From Antedon mediterranea (Eukaryota; Animalia; Echinodermata): a stretch of DNA of 64,000 nt. The notes beneath the pieces are model-generated. The model had not been told where the DNA came from, ran no database searches, and was given only the letters and a program-made list of their open reading frames with translations. The DNA lies in contig NC_092671.1 of assembly GCF_964355755.1 (NCBI RefSeq), positions 21,717,317 through 21,781,316 on the forward strand. The letters are read 5' to 3'. The translations under genes were made by a program, and so were the position numbers. The stretch's first letter is position 1, and the number at the start of each line of letters is the position of its first letter. Positions 1 to 12,644 of this stretch are shown piece by piece.

Positions 1-3000
1 TTTTAGACCATTTTGTGATTTTCGAAAAAACTTGTTAACATAAAAACATCAAAGGGCTAAGAATAGCTTCAAATCGCATTTGGAGACATTTTAGACCAAT
101 TAGTGATTTTCGAAAAAACTTGGTTACACAAAAACATCAAAGTGGTTAAAATCACATTATAAACCGTTTTAGACCATTTTGAGCATTTCGATAACACTTT
201 TTACACAAAAACATCAAAGTGCTTAGAATAGCTTCAAATCGCATTTGGAGACGTTTTAGACCATTTTGTGATTTTTGAAAAAAACTTTTTAACATATAAA
301 CACCAAACTGCTAAGAATAGCTTCAAATCGCATATGGAGACAATTTAGACCATTTTGTGATTTTCGAAAAAACTTGTTAACATAAAAACACCAAAGTGCT
401 TAGAATACCTTCAAATCGCATTTGGAGACATTTTAGACCATTTTGTGATTTTCGAAAAAACTTGTTAACATAAAAACATCAAAGTGCTAAGAATAGCTTC
501 CAATCGCATTTGGAGACGTTTTAGACCATTTTGTGATTTTCGAAAACAACTTGTTAACATAAAAACACCAAAGTGCTTAGAATAGCTTCAAATCGCATTT
601 GGAGACGTTTTAGACCAATTTGTGATTTTCGAAAAAACTTGGTTACACAAAAACATCAAAGTGGATAAAATCACATTATAAACCGTTTTAGACCATTTTG
701 AGCATATCGATAACACTTTTCACACAAAAACATCAAAGACCACAATATAGCTTAATATCGTATTTAAAAACGTTTTAGACCATTTTGAGCATTTCGACAA
801 AACTTTTTCACACAAAACACCAAAGTGCTTAGAATAGCTTCAAATCGCATTTGGAGACGTTTTAGACCATTTTGTGATTTTCGAAAAAACTTGTTAACAT
901 AAAAACATCAAAGTGCTAAGAATAGCTTCAAATCGAATTTGGAGACATTTTAGACCAATTAGTGATTTTCGAAAAAACTTGGTTACACAAAAACATCAAA
1001 GTGGTTAAAATCACATTATAAACCGTTTTAGACCATTTTGAGCATTTCGATAACACTTTTCACACAAAAACATCAAAGTGCTTAGAATAGCTTCAAATCG
1101 CATTTGGAGACGTTTTAGACCATTTTGTGATTTTCGAAAAAAACTTTTTAACATAAAAACACCAAACTGCTAAGAATAGCTTCAAATCGCATATGGAGAC
1201 AATTTAGACCATTTTGTGATTTTCGAAAAAACTTGTTAACATAAAAACACCAAAGTGCTTAGAATACCTTCAAATCGCATTTGGAGACATTTTAGACCAT
1301 TTTGTGATTTTCGAAAAAACTTGTTAACATAAAAACATCAAAGTGCTAAGAATAGCTTCCAATCGCATTTGGAGACGTTTTAGACTATTTTGTGATTTTC
1401 GAAAACAACTTGTTAACATAAAAACACCAAAGTGCTTAGAATAGCTTCAAATCGCATTTGGAGACGTTTTAGACCAATTTGTGATTTTCGAAAAAACTTG
1501 GTTACACAAAAACATCAAAGTGGATAAAATCACATTATAAACCGTTTTAGACCATTTTGAGCATTTCGATAACACATTTCACACAAAAACATCAAAGAGC
1601 ACAAAATAGCTTAATATCGTATTTAAAAACGTTTTAAACCATTTTGAGCATTTCGACAAAACTTTTTCACATAAAACACCAAAGTGTACAGAATAGCTTC
1701 AAATCGCATTTGGAGACGTTTTAGACCATTTTGTGATTTTCGAAAAAACTTGTTAATATAAAAACACCAAAGTACTTAGAATAGCTTCAAATCGCATTTG
1801 GAGACGTTGTAGACCATTTTGTGATTTTCGAAAAAACTTGTTAACATAAAAACACCAAAGTTTACAGAATAGCTTCAAATCGCATTTGGAGACGTTTTAG
1901 ACAATTTTGTGCATTTCGATGAAACTTGGTTACACAAAAACATCAAAGTGCTTAAAATCACATTATAAACCGTTTTAGACCATTTGAGGATTTCCATAAC
2001 ACTTTTCACACAAAAACATCAAAGGGCACAATATAGCTTAATATCCTATTTAAAAACGTTTTAGACCATTTTGAGCATTTCGACAAAACTTTTTCACACA
2101 AAACACCAAAGTGCTTAGAATACCTTCAAATCGCATTTGGAGACGTTTTAGACCATTTTGTGATTTTCGAAAAAACTTAACATAAAAACATCAAAGTTTA
2201 CAGAATAGCTTCAAATCGCATTTGGAGACGTTTTAAACCATTTTGTGATTTTCGAAAAAACTTGTTAACATAAAAACACCAAAATGTTTAGAATAGCTTC
2301 AAATCGCATTTGGAGACGTTTTAGACCATTTTGTGATTTTCGAAAAAACTTGTTAACACAAAAACACCAAAGTGATTAGAATAGCTTCAAATCGCATTTG
2401 GAGACGTTTTAGACCATTTTGTGATTTTCGAAAAAACTTGTTAACATAAAAACACCAAAGTGATTAGAATAGCTTCAAATCGCATTTGGAGACGTTTTAG
2501 ACCATTTTGTGCATTTCGATGAAACTTGGTTACGCAAAAACATCAAAGTGCTTAAAATCACATTATAAACCGTTTTAGACCATTTTGAGCATATCGATAA
2601 CACTTTTTACACAAAACGCTAAAGTGCTTAGAATAGCTTCAAATCGCATTTGGAGACGTTTTAGACCATTTTGTGATTTTCGACAAAACTTTTTCACACA
2701 AAACACCAAAGTGCTTAGAATACCTTCAAATCGCATTTGGAGACGTTTTAGACCATTTTGTGCATTTCGATGAAACTTGGTTACGCAAAAACATCAAAGT
2801 GCTTAAAATCACATTATAAACCGTTTTAGACCATTTTGAGCATATCGATAACACTTTTTACACAAAACGCTAAAGTGCTTAGAATAGCTTCAAATCGCAT
2901 TTGGAGACGTTTTAGACCATTTTGTGATTTTCGACAAAACTTTTTCACACAAAACACCAAAGTGCTTAGAATACCTTCAAATCGCATTTGGAGACGTTTT

Positions 3001-6000
3001 AGACCATTTTGTGATTTTCGAAAAAACTTGTTAACATAAAAACATCAAAGTGTACAGAATAGCTTCAAATCGCATTTGGAGACGTTTTAGACCATTTTGT
3101 GATTTTCGAAAAAACTTGTTAACATAAAAACACCAAAGTGCTTAGAATAGCTTCAAATCGCATTAGGAGACGTTTTAGACCATTTTGTGATTTTCGAAAA
3201 AACTTGTTAACATAAAAACACCAAAGTGCTTAGAATAGCTTCAAATCGCATTTGGAGACGTTTTAGACCATTTTGTGATTTTCGAAAAAACTTGTTAACA
3301 TAAAAACACCAAAGTTCTTAAAATAGCTTCAAATCGCATTTGGAGACGTTTTAGACCATTTTGTGATTTTCGAAAAAACTTGTTAACATAAAAACACCAA
3401 AGTGTTTAGAAAAGCTTCAAATCGCATTTGGAGACGTTTTAGACCATTTTGGGATTTTTGAAAAAACTTGTTAACATAAAAACACCAAAGTGCTTAGAAT
3501 AGCTTCAAATCGCATTTGGAGACGTTTTAGACCATTTTGTAATTTTCAAAAAAACTTGTTAACATAAAAACACCAAAGTTCTTAGAATAGCTTCAAATCG
3601 CATTTGGAGACGTTTTAGACCATTTTGTGCATTTCGATGAAACTTGGTTACACAAAAACATCAAAGTGCTTAAAATCACGTTATAAACCGTTTTAGACCA
3701 TTTGAGCATTTCGATAACACTTTTCACACAAAAACATCAAAGGGCACAATATAGCTTAATATCCTATTTAAAAACGTTTTAGACCATTTTGAGCATTTCG
3801 ACAAAACTTTTTCACACAAAACACCAAAGTGCTTAGAATACCTTCAAATCGCATTTGGAGACGTTTTAGACAATTTTGTGATTTTCGAAAAAACTTGTTA
3901 ACATAAAAACATCAAAGTTTACAGAATAGCTTCAAATCGCTTTTGGAGACGTTTTAGACAATTTTGTGATTTTCGAAAAAACTTGTTAACATAAAAACAC
4001 CAAACTGCTAAGAATAGCTTCAAATCGCATATGGAGACAATTTAGACCATTTTGTGATTTTCGAAAAAACTTGTTAACATAAAAACACCAAAGTGCTTAG
4101 AATACCTTCAAATCGCATTTGGAGACGTTTTAGACCATTTTGTGATTTTCCAAAAAACTTGTTAACATAAAAACACCAAAGTGCTTAGAATAGCTTCAAA
4201 TCGCATTTGGAGACGTTTTAAACCATTTTGTGATTTTCGAAAAAACTTGTTAACATAAAAACACCAAAATGTTTAGAATAGCTTCAAATCGCATTTGGAG
4301 ACGTTTTAGACCATTTTGTGATTTTCGAAAAAACTTGTTAACACAAAAACACCAAAGTGATTAGAATAGCTTCAAATCGCATTTGGAGACGTTTTAGACC
4401 ATTTTGTGATTTTCGAAAAAACTTGTTAACATAAAAACACCAAAGTGATTAGAATAGCTTCAAATCGCATTTGGAGACGTTTTAGACCATTTTGTGCATT
4501 TCGATGAAACTTGGTTACGCAAAAACATCAAAGTGCTTAAAATCACATTATAAACCGTTTTAGACCATTTTGAGCATATCGATAACACTTTTTACACAAA
4601 ACACCAAAGTGCTTAGAATAGCTTCAAATCGCATTTGGAGACGTTTTAGACCATTTTGTGATTTTCGACAAAACTTTTTCACACAAAACACCAAAATGCT
4701 TAGAATACCTTCAAATCGCATTTGGAGACGTTTTAGACCATTTTGTGATTTTCGAAAAAACTTGTTAACATAAAAACATCAAAGTGTACAGAATAGCTTC
4801 AAATCGCATTTGGAGACGTTTTAGACCATTTTGTGATTTTCGAAAAAACTTGTTAACATAAAAACACCAAAGTGCTTAGAATAGCTTCAAATCGCATTAG
4901 GAGACGTTTTAGACCATTTTGTGATTTTCGAAAAACTTGTTAACATAAAAACACCAAAGTGCTTAGAATAGCTTCAAATCGCATTTGGAGACGTTTTAGA
5001 CCATTTTGTGATTTTCGAAAAAACTTGTTAACATAAAAACACCAAAGTGATTAGAATAGCTTCAAATCGCATTTGGAGACGTTTTAGACCATTTTGTGCA
5101 TTTCGATGAAACTTGGTTACGCAAAAACATCAAAGTGCTTAAAATCACATTATAAACCATTTTAGACCATTTTGAGCATATCGATAACACTTTTCACACA
5201 AAAACATCAAAGAGCACAATATAGCTTAATATCGTATTTAAAAACGTTTTAGACCATTTTGAGCATTTCGACAAAACTTTTTCACACAAAACACCAAAGT
5301 GCTTAGAATAGCTTCAAATCGCATTTGGAGACGTTTTAGACCATTTTGTGATTTTCGAAAAAATTTGTTAACATAAAAACATCAAAGGGCTAAGAATAGC
5401 TTCAAATCGCATTTGGAGACATTTTAGACCAATTAGTGATTTTCGAAAAAACTTGGTTACACAAAAACATCAAAGTGGTTAAAATCACATTATAAACCGT
5501 TTTAGACCATTTTGAGCATTTCGATAACACTTTTTACACAAAAACATCAAAGTGCTTAGAATAGCTTCAAATCGCATTTGGAGACGTTTTAGACCATTTT
5601 GTGATTTTTGAAAAAAACTTTTTAACATAAAAACACCAAACTGCTAAGAATAGCTTCAAATCGCATATGGAGACAATTTAGACCATTTTGTGATTTTCGA
5701 AAAAACTTGTTAACATAAAAACACCAAAGTGCTTAGAATACCTTCAAATCGCATTTGGAGACGTTTTAGACCATTTTGTGATTTTCCAAAAAACTTGTTA
5801 ACATAAAAACATCAAAGTGTACAGAATAGCTTCAAATCGCATTTGGAGACGTTTTAGACCATTTTGTGATTTTCGAAAAAACTTGTTAACATAAAAACAC
5901 CAAAGTGCTTAGAATAGCTTCAAATCGCATTAGGAGACGTTTTAGACCATTTTGTGATTTTCGAAAAAACTTGTTAACATAAAAACACCAAAGTGCTTAG

Positions 6001-9000
6001 AATAGCTTCAAATCGCATTTGGAGACGTTTTAGACCATTTTGTGATTTTCGAAAAAACTTGTTAACATAAAAACACCAAAATGTTTAGAATAGCTTCAAA
6101 TCACATTTGGAGACGTTTTAGACCATTTTGTGATTTTCGAAAAAACTTGTTAACACAAAAACACCAAAGTGATTAGAATAGCTTCAAATCGCATTTGGAG
6201 ACGTTTTAGACCAATTTGTGCATTTCGATGAAACTTGGTTACGCAAAAACATCAAAGTGCTTAAAATCACATTATAAACCGTTTTAGACCATTTTGAGCA
6301 TATCGATAACACTTTTCACACAAAAACATCAAAGAGCACAATATAGCTTAATATCTTATTTAAAAACGTTTTAGACCATTTTGAGCATTTCGACAAAACT
6401 TTTTCACACAAAACACCAAAGTGCTTAGAATAGCTTCAAATCGCATTTGGAGACGTTTTAGACCATTTTGTGATTTTCGAAAAAACTTGTTAACATAAAA
6501 ACATCAAAGTGCTAAGAATAGCTTCAAATCGCATTTGGAGACATTTTAGACCAATTAGTGATTTTCGAAAAAACTTGGTTACACAAAAACATCAAAGTGG
6601 TTAAAATCACATTATAAACCGTTTTAGACCATTTTGAGCATTTCGATAACACTTTTCACACAAAAACATCAAAGTGCTTAGAATAGCTTCAAATCGCATT
6701 TGGAGACGTTTTAGACCATTTTGTGATTTTCGAAAAAAACTTTTTAACATAAAAACACCAAACTTCTAAGAATAGCTTCAAATCGCATATGGAGACAATT
6801 TAGACCATTTTGTGATTTTCGAAAAAACTTGTTAACATAAAAACACCAAAGTGCTAAGAATAGCTTCAAATCGCATATGGAGACAATTTAGACCATTTTG
6901 TGATTTTCGAAAAAACTTGTTAACATAAAAACACCAAAGTGCTTAGAATACCTTCAAATCGCATTTGGAGACGTTTAAGACCATTTTGTGATTTTCGAAA
7001 AAACTTGTTAACTTAAAAACACCAAAGTGCTTAGAATAGCTTCAAATCGCATTTGGAGACGTTTTAGACCAATTTGTGATTTTCGAAAAAACTTGGTTAC
7101 ACAAAAACATCAAAGTGGATAAAAGCACATTATAAACCGTTTTAGACCATTTTGAGCATTTCGATAACACATTTCACACAAAAACATCAAAGAGCACAAA
7201 ATAGCTTAATATCGTATTTAAAAACGTTTTAAACCATTTTGAGCATTTCGACAAAACTTTTTCACACAAAACACCAAAGTGTTTAGAAAAGCTTCAAATC
7301 GCATTTGGAGACGTTTTAGACCATTTTGGGATTTTCGAAAAAACTTGTTAACATAAAAACACCAAAGTGCTTAGAATAGCTTCAAATCGCATTTGAAGAC
7401 GTTTTAGACCATTTTGTAATTTTCGAAAAAACTTGTTAACATAAAAACACCAAAATGTTTAGAATAGCTTCAAATCGCATTTGGAGACGTTTTAGACCAT
7501 TTTGTGATTTTCGAAAAAACTTGTTAACACAAAAACACCAAAGTGATTAGAATAGCTTCAAATCGCATTTGGAGACGTTTTAGACCATTTTGTGATTTTC
7601 GAAAAAAGTTGTTAACATAAAAACACCAAAGTGATTAGAATAGCTTCAAATCGCATTTGGAGACGTTTTAGACCATTTTGTGCATTTCGATGAAACTTGG
7701 TTACGCAAAAACATCAAAGTAATAATCACATTATAAACAGTTTTAGACCATTTTGAGCATATCGATAAAACTTTTTACACAAAACACCAAAGTGCTTAGA
7801 ATAGCTTCAAATCGCATTTGGAGACGTTTTAGACCATTTTGTGATTTTCGACAAAACTTTTTCACACAAAACACCAAAGTGCTTAGAATACCTTCAAATC
7901 GCATTTGGAGACGTTTTAGACCATTTTGTGATTTTCGAAAAAACTTGTTAACATAAAAACATCAAAGTGTACAGATTAGCTTCAAATCGCATTTGGAGAC
8001 GTTTTAGACCATTTTGTGATTTTCGAAAAAACTTGTTAACATAAAAACACCAAAGTGCTTAGAATAGCTTCAAATCGCATTAGGAGACGTTTTAGACCAT
8101 TTTGTTATTTTCGAAAAAACTTGTTAACATAAAAACACCAAAATGTTTAGAATAGCTTCAAATCGCATTTGGAGACGTTTTAGACCATTTTGTGATTTTC
8201 GAAAAAACTTGTTAACATAAAAACACCAAAGTGCTTAGAATACCTTCAAATCGCATTTGGAGACGTTTTAGACCATTTTGTGATTTTCCAAAAAACTTGT
8301 TAACATAAAAACATCAAAGTGTACAGAATAGCTTCAAATCGCATTTGGAGACGTTTTAGACCATTTTGTGATTTTCGAAAAAACTTGTTAACATAAAAAC
8401 ACCAAAGTGCTTAGAATAGCTTCAAATCGCATTAGGAGACGTTTTAGACCATTTTGTGATTTTCGAAAAAACTTGTTAACATAAAAACACCAAAGTGCTT
8501 AGAATAGCTTCAAATCGCATTTGGAGACGTTTTAGACCATTTTGTGATTTTCGAAAAAACTTGTTAACATAAAAACACCAAAATGTTTAGAATAGCTTCA
8601 AATCACATTTGGAGACGTTTTAGACCATTTTGTGATTTTCGAAAAAACTTGTTAACACAAAAACACCAAAGTGATTAGAATAGCTTCAAATCGCATTTGG
8701 AGACGTTTTAGACCAATTTGTGCATTTCGATGGAACTTGGTTACGCAAAAACATCAAAGTGCTTAAAATCACATTATAAACCGTTTTAGACCATTTTGAG
8801 CATATCGATAACACTTTTCACACAAAAACATCAAAGAGCACAATATAGCTTAATATCTTATTTAAAAACGTTTTAGACCATTTTGAGCATTTCGACAAAA
8901 CTTTTTCACACAAAACACCAAAGTGCTTAGAATAGCTTCAAATCGCATTTGGAGACGTTTTAGACCATTTTGTGATTTTCGAAAAAACTTTTTCACACAA

Positions 9001-10656
9001 AACACCAAAGTGCTTAGAATACCTTCAAATCGCATTTGGAGACGTTTTAGACCATTTTGTGATTTTCGAAAAAACTTGTTAACATAAAAACATCAAAGTG
9101 TACAGAATAGCTTCAAATCGCATTTGGAGACGTTTTAGACCATTTTGTGATTTTCGAAAAAACTTGTTAACATAAAAACACCAAAGTGCTTAGAATAGCT
9201 TCAAATCGCATTAGGAGACGTTTTAGACCATTTTGTGATTTTCGAAAAAACTTGTTAACACAAAAACACCAAAGTGCTTAGAATAGCTTCAAATCGCATT
9301 TGGAGACGTTTTAGACCATTTTGTGATTTTCGAAAAAACTTGTTAACATTAAAACACCAAAATGTTTAGAATAGCTTCAAATCGCATTTGGAGACGTTTT
9401 AGACCATTTTGTGATTTTCGAAAAAACTTGTTAACACAAAAACACCAAAGTGATTAGAATAGCTTCAAATCGCATTTGGAGACGTTTTAGACCTTTTTGT
9501 GCATTTCGATGAAACTTGGTTACGGAAAAACATCAAAGTGCTTAAAATCACATTATAAACCGTTTTAGACCATTTTGAGCATATCGATAACACTTTTCAC
9601 ACAAAAACATCAAAGAGCACAATATAGCTTAATATCGTATTTAAAAACGTTTTAGACCATTTTGAGCATTTCGACAAAACTTTTTCACACAAAACACCAA
9701 AGTGCTTAGAATAGCTTCAAATCGCATTTGGAGACGTTTTAGACCATTTTGTGATTTTCGAAAAAACTTGTTAACATAAAAACATCAAAGGGCTAAGAAT
9801 AGCTTCAAATCGCATTTGGAGACATTTTAGACCAATTAGTGATTTTCGAAAAAACTTGGTTACACAAAAACATCAAAGTGGTTAAAATCACATTATAAAC
9901 CGTTTTAGACCATTTTGAGCATTTCGATAACACTTTTTACACAAAAACATCAAAGTGCTTAGAATAGCTTCAAATCGCATTTGGAGACGTTTTAGACCAT
10001 TTTGTGATTTTCGAAAAAAACTTTTTAACATAAAAACACCAAACTGCTAAGAATAGCTTCAAATCGCATATGGAGACAATTTAGACCATTTTGTGATTTT
10101 CGAAAAAACTTGTTAACATAAAAACACCAAAGTGCTTAGAATACCTTCAAATCGCATTTGGAGACATTTTAGACCATTTTGTGATTTTCGAAAAAACTTG
10201 TTAACATAAAAACATCAAAGTGCTAAGAATAGCTTCCAATCGCATTTGTAGACGTTTTAGACCATTTTGTGATTTTCGAAAACAACTTGTTAACATAAAA
10301 ACACCAAAGTGCTTAGAATAGCTTCAAATCGCATTTGGAGACGTTTTAGACCATTTTGTGATTTTCGAAAAAACTTGTTAACATAAAAACATCAAAGTGC
10401 TAAGAATAGCTTCAAATCGAATTTGGAGACATTTTAGACCAATTAGTGATTTTCGAAAAAACTTGGTTACACAAAAACATCAAAGTGGTTAAAATCACAT
10501 TATAAACCGTTTTAGACCATTTTGAGCATTTCGATAACACTTTTCACACAAAAACATCAAAGTGCTTAGAATAGCTTCAAATCGCATTTGGAGACGTTTT
10601 AGACCATTTTGTGATTTTCGAAAAAAACTTTTTAACATAAAAACACCAAACTGCTA
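1..10656 (+). repeat. Satellite array, ~88-bp monomer with 78- and 87-bp variants, forward orientation
   Basis: TTTTAGACC recurs at 1, 89, 167 and 254. Consensus: ttttagaccattttgtgattttcgaaaaaacttgttaacataaaaacaccaaagtgcttagaatagcttcaaatcgcatttggagacg. Confidence 0.99.
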
Positions 10657-11780
10657 TACTCTAGTAGCTAGATCAACTTTCGTATGCACTTTGAGGTCCA
10701 GAGAATTTGACTTCAGAAATTGGTTTAGGGTGGTCAAACAATCATATTTGGCTTGGTTACACATTTTGAAAATGTGGCGAAAGGTCAAAAGGTCAAGGTG
10801 AAAGGTCATAAGACCAAACATAAATATTTCCTTAAATCTCAACAACCACTGGTCACAACGAGGTAATTTTGGTCTTAGATTAATCAGAAGGTATACATTT
10901 ATATTCAGTCTAATGGGACATTTTAGGAAAAAATGACCGGAAATGCAATTTATGACCTTTGACCCACAACCCAGGGCATGTATGTATCTCCGTAACTACT
11001 GGTCGTAGAGACTTGAATTTGGTTTTAAATTGTTCGAAATATATGTTTTGTTATTTGTTACACATTTTGAAAAATGTTACAAAAGGTCAAAAGATCAAGG
11101 TCAAGGGTTAATTGAACAAATAAAAAAAGGTACTTTTATCTCGGCAACCACTGGTCGCAGCAAGTCAATTTTGGTCTCAAAATGTTCAGAAGGCATGCAT
11201 TTATATTCCATCTAATGGGGCATTTTAGTCAAAAATGATAAGAAATGCCATTTCTGACCTTTGACCCACATACCAGGGCATCTTCATATCTCTGTAAGTA
11301 CAGGTCGTAGAAACTTAAATTTGGTATCAAATTGTTCGAAATATACATATTTACATTCATTGTAATAGAAAATGTGGTTAAAAGATGAACAGAAATACTC
11401 TTACTAATGTTTCAAACTAAAAACATATCTACACAACTTATCCTTAGACAGTAATTTTATGCAATAACTGATACTTTAAATTGTTTTAATTTCAAGTACT
11501 AGTTATTCCTGTCCCCGAGGACATTTTGATAATTTTAATTTTAATTTAATTTTGGATTTATATAGCGCTTTTCCAAGTGACCAAAGCGCTGTACAATAGA
11601 AAATAGATAGAAACGTTAAGCTCAACAGTTCTTTTCAGAATGCTAGAAATAACTTGCCATATGTATCCGATTAAACGCCCCAGGCATTTATTGTTCAAAA
11701 TGGTTTTTAGAAAGGAGGCATTATTTGGGGTATAATATGGTAACATGTATAATCAAATAAATACCACCTAGATGTAAACA
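10657..11780 (+). repeat. Left inverted arm of the 3064-bp element
   Basis: First 89 bp are a perfect reverse complement of the right end (first mismatch 10746). Degenerate match continues to ~11475 and, with indels, to ~11780. Contains a ~301-bp internal tandem duplication (ttacacattttgaaaa at ~10757 and ~11058). Confidence 0.88.
11530..11636 (-). mobile_element. 5'-truncated 3' end of an L2-clade LINE or an L2-dependent SINE
   Basis: Minus strand reads tgtacagcgctttggtcacttggaaaagcgctatataaat followed by an (aaatt)n tail, the AGCGCTTT..AAAGCGCTATATAAAT stem-loop typical of L2-like 3' ends. Absent from the matching position of the right arm. Confidence 0.6.
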
Positions 11781-11967
11781 AATACTGCACAATTAATATC
11801 AAAAAGTGATAAAATTATGTCAAAATGCTTGGTAAATTGTAGATTATGGTAGTTAATGAAATGTGTTGACGTGATACAATTATTGTGTAAATGCATGTGG
11901 CGGGGCATTTATTCCACATGGTGTTCTATTTGAGGGAATGGTGGCGTTTATTTGAAGGAATACTCTA
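11655..11967. mobile_element. Decayed ~310-bp MITE (Tc1/mariner-pogo-like, TACCGTA-type ends) nested in the foldback element
   Basis: Left end tgccatatgtatccgattaaacgcccc and right end ggcgtttatttgaaggaatactcta are degenerate inverted repeats with repeated ggc(g/a)tttatt subterminal motifs. Confidence 0.5.
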
Positions 11968-12644
11968 ATTTTAATAATTGTATTTCGTTTCTCAACTGAT
12001 AAAAGGTACTTTACATGATTCGTTTTCCTCTTTATGCTTTTTAACGAAATGTTTCTGTCTTTTAAAATAAAAGTGATAGATTCCATTAAATGGATCTTCA
12101 CCTCCATGTGCCAGTATAATGATATAAAACAATGACACATCATTATCCTGACACGATTGCACTCATAATGGATCTTCATTCTATCATCTATTTGTTTGTA
12201 ACTACAATTTGACAACAATCTTTTGCATAGTTTTAAATGCCAATACATAGTTTCATTACTATTGTACAATATGTCCAGCTTTCCTGAAAACACCCTTGTG
12301 TACTGTAGTACAGTGTTGTAGTATGATTTTATCATGATAAACTTCTGATGCTTTTATTGTCAATGCATTCAGTACCTAAAACATGTCAAAGTTTCTAGTG
12401 GTATTGATAATAAATCTCCAGAAATATATATTGTTTTATTATCTACACTGGGAACAGACGTGTATATGTATAAGTTTTGTCGTTGACATTCAAAACTATT
12501 ATGCAACAGTGTTACGTAATAATGACAATGACTTGGTCTATTATTGTGGTCTCCGATACCTTTTATTACATGATTGTACTTCCTCCAGGATAGAATGAGG
12601 TTTAATCCCGTTATTATTCTTATTATATATCTATATTTTTTTTA

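Noticed and set aside
19-40. CENP-B box in the monomer
   Set aside because: TTCG is present but the required downstream CGGG is absent.
10655-10660. TA TSD (Tc1/mariner) reading for the 3064-bp element
   Set aside because: Only a CTA duplication restores the satellite sequence on excision.
11880-12335. 151-aa ORF in the foldback core as a possible transposase remnant
   Set aside because: Composition is typical of AT-rich noncoding DNA, with no recognisable DDE, zinc-finger or helicase motif, and it overlaps the MITE relic. A tblastx search could still test it.
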